This document shows positions 9,322 through 18,916 of a stretch of DNA of 32,000 nucleotides, in pieces. The stretch lies in contig NC_017039.1 in the NCBI RefSeq assembly GCF_000284455.1, forward strand, positions 3,030,001 through 3,062,000, given 5' to 3'. The notes below the pieces were generated by a model. The model saw only the letters and a list, made by a program, of their open reading frames with translations. It was not told where the DNA came from and did not search any database. Made by a program: the position numbers and the translations under genes. This DNA is from Synechocystis sp. PCC 6803 substr. PCC-P. GTDB taxonomy: Bacteria > Cyanobacteriota > Cyanobacteriia > Cyanobacteriales > Microcystaceae. Every line of letters starts with the position of its first letter. Within the stretch, counting starts at the first letter, position 1.

Positions 9322-10236
9322 ATGAATCATCGTTTCCTTTTACTTGTTTCTTTGGTCGTGGGTAGCGCAGAAATGCTGCTTACTTCACCTGTCTCAGCAG
9401 AGCTTAGTAATAGACTACATACTCCACAGATTGCGCAGCGACCGAAGATAAGTAATTCGACCACCTTAGATAATAGGTCTTTGGGCAGTGTAGAAAGGCA
9501 AGAGCGATCGGATTGGGCCAGTTTCTTCGATGGCGCTGAGGCTCAAGGAACCATTGTGGTATTAGATCAGCGCGGAGGTGCTCATCAGTTGTGGGTCTAC
9601 AACCAGGAACGGGCTGACAGAGCCTATTCTCCAGCATCAACGTTTAAGATTCCGCATTCTCTCTTTGCGCTTGATGCCGGGGTTGTTCGTGATGAATTTC
9701 AAGTTTTTGAGTGGGATGGAGTGGAGAGGAACTTCGCTCCCCACAATCAAGATCAAACCTTACGCTCAGCAATGCGAAATTCAGCCGTTTGGGTTTACGA
9801 AATTTTTGCTGCCGAAATCGGTGAAGCGAAAGCAAGAGAATATCTGACGCAAATTGACTACGGGAATGTAGACTCAAGTACTAGCAAAGGTGCTTATTGG
9901 ATTGATGGAGCATTAACAATCTCGGCACAAGAGCAAATTCATTTTTTACAAAAGCTGTATCAGAATGAACTCCCTTTTAGGATTGAGCACCAACGATTAG
10001 TCAAGGATATTATAATCGTTGAAGCAGGGCGAAATTGGATCCTACGGGCTAAAACTGGCTGGGAAGGGCGCTGGGGCTGGTGGGTAGGGTGGGTCGAATG
10101 GCCCACAGGTCCTGTATTCTTTGCTCTCAATATAGATACGCCAAACCGATTGGACGACCTCTATAAAAGAGAGGCAATTACACGCGATATCTTGCAATCC
10201 ATTGATGCATTGCCTGCGGAAGAAGATCGGAAATAG
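9322..10236 (+). CDS. class D (OXA-type) beta-lactamase / BlaR-like penicillin-binding protein
   Basis: Signal peptide; YSPASTFKIPHSLFALDAG (S-x-x-K), SAVWVY (SxV), YGN, RAKTGWEGRWGWWVGWVEWP (KTG + WWVGW) are the class D motif set. Confidence 0.9.
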   Translation: MNHRFLLLVSLVVGSAEMLLTSPVSAELSNRLHTPQIAQRPKISNSTTLDNRSLGSVERQERSDWASFFDGAEAQGTIVVLDQRGGAHQLWVYNQERADRAYSPASTFKIPHSLFALDAGVVRDEFQVFEWDGVERNFAPHNQDQTLRSAMRNSAVWVYEIFAAEIGEAKAREYLTQIDYGNVDSSTSKGAYWIDGALTISAQEQIHFLQKLYQNELPFRIEHQRLVKDIIIVEAGRNWILRAKTGWEGRWGWWVGWVEWPTGPVFFALNIDTPNRLDDLYKREAITRDILQSIDALPAEEDRK

Positions 10237-10314
10237 CTTAAGTGCCAGAATTGAATACTCCATCTACAAAAGAAATAGGCATTGATGCCCCGATAGATGC
10301 TAAAGGTTTGCTGT

Positions 10315-10500
10315 TTACTGATGTAGCAAACTTTTTGAGTTACTGGGCTGCTGTCGGCGTTCTTGCAAAGCCTTGTCAATTAATTTTGCGACCAGCCAGG
10401 AGACAGACCGTTCATCTGTCTGTGCCCATTCCTCCAGTTCTCGTTTACGCTCAGCAGGAATGTAAGCAACCACTCGCTCTAAATCCGTTTTGCCCCCCAT
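10315..10500 (-). CDS. small ribbon-helix-helix (CopG/Arc-like) DNA-binding protein
   Basis: MGGKTDLERVVAYIPAERKRELEEWAQTDERSVSWLVAKLIDKALQERRQ; typical RHH beta-strand + helix-turn-helix spacing. Confidence 0.55.
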   Translation of the reverse strand: MGGKTDLERVVAYIPAERKRELEEWAQTDERSVSWLVAKLIDKALQERRQQPSNSKSLLHQ

Positions 10501-10557
10501 CTTAAGTCTCACTTTTGCTTTACCTGTTTCTAAGATACCAATAATGGCCCGGCTCGT

Positions 10558-10598
10558 ATCATGCTAGGCTATGCTGTGCTAGCATGAACCAGCATGAT
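10558..10598. promoter_or_regulatory. nested inverted repeats, candidate operator of the RHH gene
   Basis: ATCATGCT (10558-10565) … AGCATGAT (10591-10598) and, nested, ATGCTAG (10561-10567) … CTAGCAT (10579-10585). Confidence 0.4.
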
Positions 10599-10616
10599 AG
10601 GACGAGGCTTTAATCT

Positions 10617-11441
10617 GTGAACCATCAAAATTTGCTTTCAATCACTAGAAATCTTGTGCATCCCCCAATTAGCTCAGGGCTTGTCTTACTTTCGGCTAGA
10701 GAATTGGACAAGATGCGGCGGGTGGGACAGCTTGCGGCGAATCTCCTCAATCATCTTGAGTCAATGGTGCAGCCTGGAGTAAGTACACAAGCTTTAAATG
10801 ATGAGGCGACGCGTTGGATGGAAGATCATGGGGCAATCAGCGCCACCCTTGGCTACGCACCTCCTGGTTATCCCCCTTTCACGGGGGCAATTTGCACCAG
10901 CATTAATGAAGTGGTTTGTCATGGAATACCGAACCCAAAGCAAATCCTCAAGGACGGGGATATTATCAATATCGATGTGACCCTCAGGTTGGCAGGCTAC
11001 CACGGCGACACTTCGAGAACATTTCTAGTGGGTTCGGTATCCGCAACTGCCCGAAAATTAGTTGAAGCGACTCAAGAATCGATGATGCGAGGGATTGCTG
11101 AAATCAAGCCTGGGGCAAGAATTGGTGATATTGGTGCGGCAATTCAAGCATATGCCGAGGCAAGTGGATTCTCAGTGGTTCGAGATATGGTTGGGCATGG
11201 CATTGGCAGGCAGATGCATACAGAACTTCAAATTCCTCACTATGGCAAACGAGGCAGTGGGTTGAAGCTGCGTCCAGGAATGGTTTTTACGGTTGAACCG
11301 ATGCTAAACGAAGGGACTTATGAGCTTACATTTCTTGCGGATGGTTGGACTGTAATTACGAAGGACAAAAAACTCTCTGCTCAGTTTGAACACACTGTTG
11401 TTGTGACTGAGGAAGGTGTAGAAATTTTAACTCTTGCCTAA
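10617..11441 (+). CDS. map: type I methionine aminopeptidase
   Basis: ISATLGYAPPGYPPFTGAICTSINEVVCHGIPN, DGDIINIDVTLRLAGYHGDTSRTF, VVRDMVGHGIGRQMHTELQIPHYG, MVFTVEPML, QFEHTVVVTEEG: all M24 metal-ligand motifs. Actual start could be slightly downstream. Confidence 0.95.
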   Translation: MNHQNLLSITRNLVHPPISSGLVLLSARELDKMRRVGQLAANLLNHLESMVQPGVSTQALNDEATRWMEDHGAISATLGYAPPGYPPFTGAICTSINEVVCHGIPNPKQILKDGDIINIDVTLRLAGYHGDTSRTFLVGSVSATARKLVEATQESMMRGIAEIKPGARIGDIGAAIQAYAEASGFSVVRDMVGHGIGRQMHTELQIPHYGKRGSGLKLRPGMVFTVEPMLNEGTYELTFLADGWTVITKDKKLSAQFEHTVVVTEEGVEILTLA

Positions 11442-11463
11442 ATTTCAAGCCGCAATGCCTTTT

Positions 11464-11760
11464 ACGTTTCAAGTAGATGACAAATTGGTACATCGTCTTC
11501 TGGGGAAAACGGCGGTAAACCCTTACCCGATAGTCCAACATCCGAAAACCCATGGTGGGCTCAGGCTCCGTTTGAAATTCCAGATGCAACACCAAGTCTT
11601 CCGATTGCTCCAAAATTAGGGAGTCAGCCCAAATTGGTTCCAGGGATAATTCCGTCGGACTAAGCTTAGTCAATTTGATTGGTCGTCCCAGCAACCAGGC
11701 GGCATAGTCTTCGGAAAAGGATTCGGCGAGGAATTTGCACAGATTGTCAAACATACCCAA
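11464..11760 (-). pseudogene. 5' fragment of Rpn/PD-(D/E)XK nuclease-transposase family gene (ORF extends to 11356 with unrelated tail)
   Basis: MGMFDNLCKFLAESFSEDYAAWLLGRPI… VLHLEFQTEPEPTMGFRMLDYRVRVYRRFP… YQFVIYLKR is the N-terminal part of the family; the remaining tail is novel and overlaps the 3' end of map on the opposite strand. Confidence 0.65.
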
Positions 11761-11882
11761 ATTCTAAGGGCGATCGCCATAACCATGTTTTGAGAGTCTC
11801 ACAACTTTAGGGGTATGGTAAAAGGGACTATTGAGACATAAAAAGAGACGGGGTTGGGGAGTAGTCTCGGAAAGTGTACTTT

Positions 11883-12266
11883 CTAAGACCAACGGGCATA
11901 GTCATAGTGAGCAAGAATTTTTTGGTCTTTAGTCAGCAGTAAACTGTCAGTCAACGCAGACTGGGCTGTAATCAGACGGTCAAAAGGATCCCTTGTCCAG
12001 TCCAGTGTTAATGCTTGGTAAACAACTTGGTCGAAGTTCTTGGTACAGCTACATAAGCCAATATTATTCTCCAGAGTGGTGAGAATAGCTTCTGGCGATG
12101 CAGTAATTCTTTCAATCTCAAGAAGATATTTGAGCTCTAGTCGTACTATGGGAGAGAAGGTTAGGTCGTTACTGTTAATCAGTGATTTGGCCAGGGAAGA
12201 AAACTTTTCCGTTAAACCACAGTAGAGCCAAACAACAATGTGGGTGTCAAGGTAAATCGAGCTCAA
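11883..12266 (-). CDS. PIN-domain toxin, VapC-like
   Basis: SSIYLDTHIVVWLY, VRLELKYLLE, DWTRDPFDRLITAQSALTDSLLLTKDQKI: conserved acidic residues of PIN domains. Likely TTG start at 12266 (ORF track start 12311), overlapping the antitoxin end by 20 nt. Confidence 0.85.
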   Translation of the reverse strand: MSSIYLDTHIVVWLYCGLTEKFSSLAKSLINSNDLTFSPIVRLELKYLLEIERITASPEAILTTLENNIGLCSCTKNFDQVVYQALTLDWTRDPFDRLITAQSALTDSLLLTKDQKILAHYDYARWS

Positions 12267-12483
12267 TCTCTCCCTCCCAATCAATGGTGACCAACTCTTC
12301 CGGGTCGCCAATGATAACCCCTGGACGATGTACTAAGTTCTTGAACTTATCCGGCTCCTCCACTGGCAGTATTCGTAGGCGTTTACCCCCCCGATTAATT
12401 TCCAGCGGTATGCCGGTTGCCAGCACCTCATCTAGCAGGTTGTAAAGATTACCCCTCAGCTCCGTTGGCGTAATTTGTTTCAT
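12247..12483 (-). CDS. Phd/YefM-type antitoxin
   Basis: MKQITPTELRGNLYNLLDEVLATGIPLEINRGGKRLRILPVEEP, directly upstream of and overlapping the PIN toxin. Confidence 0.8.
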   Translation of the reverse strand: MKQITPTELRGNLYNLLDEVLATGIPLEINRGGKRLRILPVEEPDKFKNLVHRPGVIIGDPEELVTIDWEGEIELDLP

Positions 12484-12496
12484 CCTATTCTGTTCA

Positions 12497-12526
12497 ATGT
12501 ACGTTCAAAATTAGTCTAACGTACAT
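12497..12526. promoter_or_regulatory. perfect 9-bp inverted repeat, candidate TA operator
   Basis: ATGTACGTT-caaaattagtct-AACGTACAT, 14 nt upstream of the antitoxin ATG. Confidence 0.55.
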
Positions 12527-12612
12527 CAAAGCAAGATACTTTCCCTCAAAAGTCTATTTTCGCCCAGCCGCAGTCATCAGATGTTGCCATATTTTGGTGA
12601 AATCTACTATAA

Positions 12613-13680
<1,068 letters not shown>

Positions 13681-13704
13681 CCCCATCCTGTTGATTTAAC
13701 TACC

Positions 13705-15093
13705 ATGAATACTAATCTCATTCTGGATGTGGACTCCTATAAAGTGAGCCACTGGTTGCAGTATCCTCCTGACACAACGGCAATGTATTCCTATGTGGAA
13801 AGTCGTGGGGGAAGGTATCCTGTCACTGTCTTTTTTGGTCTCCAATACATTTTAAAGCGGTATCTGACTCAATCCATTGAACCCTGGATGGTGGAGGAAG
13901 CTAATCGCCTTTTGACAGCCCATGGCTTACCTTTCAACTATGGCGGTTGGCGATACATTGCGGAGGATTTGCAGGGTCGTTTACCTGTACGTATTAAGGC
14001 GGTTCCAGAGGGCTCGGTCATCCCGGTTCATAATGTTTTGATGACAGTGGAATCCACGGACCCAAAGGTTTTTTGGTTAGTTTCCTGGTTAGAAACTTTG
14101 TTGATGCGGGTTTGGTATCCCATTACGGTGGCAACCCAGAGTTGGCATTTAAAACAACGCATCTATCAATCCCTATGCCGTACTGCGGATGATCCTGATG
14201 GTGAAATCAATTTTAAACTCCACGATTTTGGGGCCCGGGGGGTTTCTAGTGGTGAATCGTCCGGCATTGGCGGACTGGCTCACTTAGTTAATTTCCAAGG
14301 TTCTGACACAGTAAAGGCCCTGGTGTATGGGCAGCAATATTACAACTGCCCCATGGCGGCCTATTCGATTCCCGCCGCAGAACATTCCACCATTACAGCT
14401 TGGGGAAGGGAAGGGGAAGTTTTGGCCTATGAAAATATGTTGACCCAGTTTGCCAAGCCAGGGTCGGTGTTGGCGGTGGTTTCCGATTCCTATGATCTCT
14501 GGAATGCCATTGACCATCTCTGGGGCGATCACCTAAGGGCACAGGTGCTTGATTCGGGGGCTACGGTGGTTATCCGTCCGGATTCAGGTGACCCGGTGGC
14601 CATTGTGGCCCAAACTTTGGAACGGTTGGAGGCTTGTTTTGGCAGCACCCTCAACAGTAAGGGCTTTCGAGTTCTAAATGCTGTGCGGGTTATCCAAGGG
14701 GATGGGGTTGATGAAGAGAGTATCAGCGCCATTCTAGAGAAGACTGAGAGCCTTGGCTTTAGTACTACTAATTTAGCTTTTGGTATGGGGGGAGCTTTGT
14801 TGCAAAAGGTGAATCGGGATACCCAAAAATTTGCCATGAAGTGCAGTGAGGTAACGGTGGAGGACAAGGCGATCCCTGTTTATAAAGACCCTGTTACTGA
14901 TCCTGGTAAAACTAGCAAAAAGGGGCGATTATCCCTGGTTAAAACTGACTCTGGTTATGGCACTGTACCCACTTCTTCTGAGGATTTATTGCAGGTTGTC
15001 TATGAAAATGGACATTTACTGCAAGACCAATGCTTGGATGCTATTCGTCAACGAGCCTGGCCATTAATCAGGGTCAATGTTCCCGCAAGCTAG
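13705..15093 (+). CDS. nadV: nicotinamide phosphoribosyltransferase (NAMPT)
   Basis: DSYKVSHWLQYPPDTTAMYSYVESRGG, KLHDFGARGVSSGESSGIGGLAHLVNFQGSDT, VVIRPDSGDPV, GDGVDEESI, FGMGGALLQKVNRDTQKFAMKCSE. Resembles Slr0788. Confidence 0.95.
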   Translation: MNTNLILDVDSYKVSHWLQYPPDTTAMYSYVESRGGRYPVTVFFGLQYILKRYLTQSIEPWMVEEANRLLTAHGLPFNYGGWRYIAEDLQGRLPVRIKAVPEGSVIPVHNVLMTVESTDPKVFWLVSWLETLLMRVWYPITVATQSWHLKQRIYQSLCRTADDPDGEINFKLHDFGARGVSSGESSGIGGLAHLVNFQGSDTVKALVYGQQYYNCPMAAYSIPAAEHSTITAWGREGEVLAYENMLTQFAKPGSVLAVVSDSYDLWNAIDHLWGDHLRAQVLDSGATVVIRPDSGDPVAIVAQTLERLEACFGSTLNSKGFRVLNAVRVIQGDGVDEESISAILEKTESLGFSTTNLAFGMGGALLQKVNRDTQKFAMKCSEVTVEDKAIPVYKDPVTDPGKTSKKGRLSLVKTDSGYGTVPTSSEDLLQVVYENGHLLQDQCLDAIRQRAWPLIRVNVPAS

Positions 15094-15541
15094 TGGGGAT
15101 AAAGCAAAGCTAGATAAAGTTCTGTCTCGAGATGATAAGTACATAAGGAACTACTACAATGTTTAATTTAGCACTGAGGTACCTAAGTTTCAGGGATCCA
15201 CCTTATCATTGGCGGTGAATTGTTGCTGTTGTATGAGCATAGTTCATTGATGATCGCTCCCTGAAACATCACAAAAAAGGTTTAGGGCAGTCTTAGTTTG
15301 TTGACTATCACTCTTAAAGCTCAACATCAATGGAATAAATACTGTAAAGTAAGCTACTTTTTATTTGTCTTTTTGGCAAAACGTTATGTTATCTTAACTT
15401 TTGTGGGGCAATGACTCTCCTACGCTGGCTGGTTTATCGGCTCTGTTGCATAGTGCCAATCTTCGCTGAATTCGATGATTACTGTGCATAGCAGCGTACT
15501 TATTACTTTTTTGGCAGTACTTTAGGAGTGTTCAGTCCTTC

Positions 15542-16099
15542 ATGGTTGACTACAGGAAAGCCCGATTAAAATGGGAAGACTATTGGTTCAAGACCTTACA
15601 CAGATGGCGGTCCTGCCCTTTAACCTGCCCGGTTGAGAAGCCTCATCATGGCCACATTTTTTGGAGTTGGTTCGGTAGTTTTTTGGCGATCTCTATCTGT
15701 GCTTACTTGACGGTAAAAACGAATTCCCCGCTTTTAATGGCTCCCTTTGGGGCCACTAGTGTTTTGATTTTTGGTGTTCCTGATAGCCCCTTAGCCCAAC
15801 CCCGTAACGTCATCGGTGGCAATCTGTTAGCGGCATTGGTGAGTCTAACGGTTTTGCATTTTCTCGGTTCTTCACCCATGGCGATGGGGGCGGCAGTGTC
15901 GCTAGCCATCGGCATTATGCAATTTACTGGAACATTGCATCCTCCTTCAGGAGCCGTTGCTTTGGTGGTTATGATGACCAGACCAGACTGGAACTTTATC
16001 CTAACGCCAACCTTGGAAGGTTCAATACTTTTAGTGCTGTGTGCTGTAGTTTTCAATAATTTGGCGGAAGAAAGAACCTATCCTAAGCACTGGCTATAA
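15542..16099 (+). CDS. HPP family integral membrane protein
   Basis: LMAPFGATSVLIFGVPDSPLAQPRNVIGGNLLAALVSL… ALSIGIM-like helix, TGTLHPPSGAVAL (HPP motif). Confidence 0.9.
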   Translation: MVDYRKARLKWEDYWFKTLHRWRSCPLTCPVEKPHHGHIFWSWFGSFLAISICAYLTVKTNSPLLMAPFGATSVLIFGVPDSPLAQPRNVIGGNLLAALVSLTVLHFLGSSPMAMGAAVSLAIGIMQFTGTLHPPSGAVALVVMMTRPDWNFILTPTLEGSILLVLCAVVFNNLAEERTYPKHWL

Positions 16100-16204
16100 T
16101 TTTGTTTCGGTTGTGGGATTGTTGAGGCGATCATCGTACCTGTCCAGTGATCAACGGCCATCTCAGCTGGGTTCCCATGCAGGGATCCCAGCGGTGCGGC
16201 TTAG

Positions 16205-16463
16205 AGTTAAAGCTTTAGGAGTCAAGATGGGAGTGCCGTTCTTCAAAATTCCAGATTTGGTTAAGCGACATAATATTCAGGTTTTTTCTTCCAATTACTG
16301 TTTGTACGGCGACTTATCCCACAGGATAATGACCAGCCTGCAATTATTTAGCCCCGTCGTGGAAATTTATTCCATTGATGAAGCCTTTCTCGAACTGACC
16401 CCAAATCAAAGTAATACGAATTATGGGGAAGAAATTCAGCTTTGTCTTAATCCATCAGATTAA
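16205..16463 (+). pseudogene. umuC: UmuC (Y-family DNA polymerase V) internal fragment
   Basis: VKALGVKMGVPFFKIPDLVKRHNIQVFSSNYCLYGDLSHRIMTSLQLFSPVVEIYSIDEAFLEL is the UmuC fingers/palm segment. The N-terminal catalytic part and everything after EAFLEL are absent. Confidence 0.85.
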
Positions 16464-16729
16464 CCAGTCAGTATTCCTATGTGATCACACTTTTGAAAAT
16501 ATTCAACAAGACAAAAGTAATACAAGCAAGTTAGAAGTATTTTTTCTTTCTTAGAATCTGTTTTTCTATCCTAACTCTTTTAAAGAGTATTGATTAACTG
16601 CTTTACTGCAAAAAAGATTACCCTATATCGGGCTTTTCTCAATAAAATCTTTATTTTTTGAGGTGCTTTTTAGCCATAAATAATCACTTTAGTATAAAAT
16701 TTTGACGGCGTAAAGTTGATAAAATAGAA

Positions 16730-18094
16730 TTAAGAATGGACTATCGGTACAGAAAAAATGGGTAACTGGATGGTGAATAAACTTCCCTTACCCAATGCAC
16801 TCTCCACCGTTAAAGACCCCCTATGCTTAACGGTGATCACCTGGGCAATGGCGAGTCCCAACCCTGTCCCCCCCGTTTTGCGCGAACGATCTCGATTAAC
16901 TCGGTAAAAACGCTCAAAAATGTGTTCCTGTTGGTCGGGGGCAATGCCGATGCCGGTATCTTGCACGGTGATGATAGCCATCTGTTCATGGGATGTCAGG
17001 GTAATATCAACACGTCCCCCAGCAGTTGTGTATTGAATGGCGTTGGCAATTAGGTTTGAGACCAGTCGATAGAGTTGGGATTCATTACCCCAGGCGTAAA
17101 CTTCCCCTGAACTCAGATCACTGCTGAGATCAATGTGGGCGGCGATCGCTAATTCTAAAAACTCTTCGGTGAGGTCACTGACTAAATCATTTAAACAACA
17201 AAGCCGCCAATCTTCGGCGGTGGTTTCCTGCTCTAAGCGACTTAGTAGCAATAAATCCGTAATCAATTGGCTTAATCGCCTTCCCTGTCGTTCAACGGTA
17301 TGTAGCATGGTGTTAATTTCTGGGGAATGGCTTGAGTCGATGCGTAATACCGCTTCCACCGTGGCCAACAGACTAGCCAATGGCGATCGTAATTCATGGG
17401 CTGCATTCGCGGTGAATTGTTGTTGTTGTTGGTAGGACTGGTAAATGGGACGCATGGCTAACCCCGCTAAGCCCCAACTGGAGAAGGCGACCAAACCCAG
17501 GGCAATGGGAAAACTAAGCCCTAAAATCCAAAGAATACGTTTATTTTCGGCATCAAAGGCTGCCAGGCTCCGGCCAATTTGTAGATAGCCCCAGGAAGAT
17601 TTGTCTGTATTACCGGCGCTATGCAAAATGGTGGTGAATTGTCGATACCGATCGCCGGTTGGGGGGTGAATAGTCTGCCAAGTTTCCTGGTTAAAAATGG
17701 AGGATAGGGAAGCCGGTTGATTAGGCGAAAAAGCCAGCAGGTTGCCTTGATAATCAAATAAACGAATGTAATATAAACTGCGATCACTAATGCCCAACGT
17801 GTGACGTTCAATCAGGGTGGGGTTGACCTGGCAGGGTTGGTTGACCAAACACAGATCGGGCAACATTTTTTGTAATACTCCGGTGGGACTAGCATTACTC
17901 GGCAACATCGGCTCTAAACTGTCATGCAACGTCCCGGCGATCGACTCCACTTCTCGCTCCAACGCCATCCAGTTGGCCTGCACAATGGCACGATAAACCC
18001 CCAACCCCAACAGGGTAAGAATTCCCCCCATTACTAGGGCATACCAGAAAGCCAATTGCAGACGACTACGGGCAAAGAGGCGACGGGTATTCAT
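16730..18094 (-). CDS. nrsS: sensor histidine kinase of the Ni-responsive two-component system
   Basis: Two TM segments, NAAHELRSPLASLLATVEAVL H-box, NLIANAIQYT, VQDTGIGIAPDQ, GGTGLGLAIAQ; 4-nt overlap with the response regulator; divergent from nrsBACD. Resembles Sll0798. Confidence 0.9.
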   Translation of the reverse strand: MNTRRLFARSRLQLAFWYALVMGGILTLLGLGVYRAIVQANWMALEREVESIAGTLHDSLEPMLPSNASPTGVLQKMLPDLCLVNQPCQVNPTLIERHTLGISDRSLYYIRLFDYQGNLLAFSPNQPASLSSIFNQETWQTIHPPTGDRYRQFTTILHSAGNTDKSSWGYLQIGRSLAAFDAENKRILWILGLSFPIALGLVAFSSWGLAGLAMRPIYQSYQQQQQFTANAAHELRSPLASLLATVEAVLRIDSSHSPEINTMLHTVERQGRRLSQLITDLLLLSRLEQETTAEDWRLCCLNDLVSDLTEEFLELAIAAHIDLSSDLSSGEVYAWGNESQLYRLVSNLIANAIQYTTAGGRVDITLTSHEQMAIITVQDTGIGIAPDQQEHIFERFYRVNRDRSRKTGGTGLGLAIAQVITVKHRGSLTVESALGKGSLFTIQLPIFSVPIVHS

Positions 18095-18795
18095 GGCGAT
18101 AGGGTGAACCGATAGCCTTGACCGGGAACTGTTTTAATTGGGCAAGGACAATTTTGTTGAGCTAGCTTGCGTCGTATCAAACGCATTTGGGCCGCCACCA
18201 CATTACTCATGGGCTCCTCATCAAGATCCCACAGTTGTTGCCGGATCTTGCTACCGGAAATGATCCGCTCTGGGTTTTGCATCAGATATTGAAAAATTTG
18301 AAATTCTCTTACGGTTAAAGCAATTTCCTGTCTTTCTAGGTTTAGTGGCTCCGAGATAGTTACCGATAACAGATTATTACTGGGATCAAGGCTGAAGTTG
18401 CCCAAAGTTAAAATTTGCGGTTGGAATTGTGGCGATCGCCGTTGTAGTGCCCGCAGTCTTGCTAATAGCTCTGCCATCACAAACGGTTTTGTTAGATAGT
18501 CATCTGCCCCGGCATCTAGTCCTTCGACACGGTTTTCCGGTTCTCCTAACGCTGTTAACATCAACACCGGCAAGGAATTACCCTGGGTTCTCAGTTTTTG
18601 ACAGAGTTCCAAACCCGATAATCCCGGCAGTAACCAATCCACAATGGCAAGGGTGTATTCCGTCCATTGATTTTCCAAATAATCCCAAGCTTGGGAGCCA
18701 TCCGTCACCCAATCCACCACATACTTTTCACTAACTAGCACTTTCTTAATAGCCATTCCCAAATCCGTCTCATCTTCCACCAGCAAAATTCGCAT
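18091..18795 (-). CDS. nrsR: OmpR-family response regulator NrsR (RppA)
   Basis: MRILLVEDETDLG, LAIVDWLLPGLSGLELC, LTALGEPENRVEGLDAGADDYLTKPF, winged-helix domain VVAAQMRLIRRKL…IKTVPGQGYRF. Confidence 0.93.
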   Translation of the reverse strand: MRILLVEDETDLGMAIKKVLVSEKYVVDWVTDGSQAWDYLENQWTEYTLAIVDWLLPGLSGLELCQKLRTQGNSLPVLMLTALGEPENRVEGLDAGADDYLTKPFVMAELLARLRALQRRSPQFQPQILTLGNFSLDPSNNLLSVTISEPLNLERQEIALTVREFQIFQYLMQNPERIISGSKIRQQLWDLDEEPMSNVVAAQMRLIRRKLAQQNCPCPIKTVPGQGYRFTLSP

Positions 18796-18843
18796 CGCCT
18801 CTGCCTTTTTTATAACGGTCTGATCTTAGCGGGGGAAGGAGAT

Positions 18844-18860
18844 TTTCACCTGAATTTCAT
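18844..18860 (+). promoter_or_regulatory. direct-repeat OmpR-type box TTTCAC-N5-TTTCAT, candidate NrsR site
   Basis: TTTCAC (18844-18849) ctgaa TTTCAT (18855-18860) in the 121-bp nrsR/nrsB divergent intergenic region. Confidence 0.5.
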
Positions 18861-18916
18861 ACCCCCTTTGGCAGACTGGGAAAATCTTGGACAAATTCCC
18901 AATTTGAGGTGGTGTG

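Noticed and set aside
10242-10505. 87-aa plus-strand ORF
   Set aside because: Opposite-strand shadow of the RHH gene, which has the better protein signature.
14284-14867. Minus-strand ORFs in the NAMPT gene
   Set aside because: Antisense shadows of a strongly conserved enzyme gene.
15438-15500. 'ggctctgttgca…' resembling terminal sequence of some IS elements
   Set aside because: Only a short match, no paired inverted repeat, no transposase ORF; not enough for an IS call.
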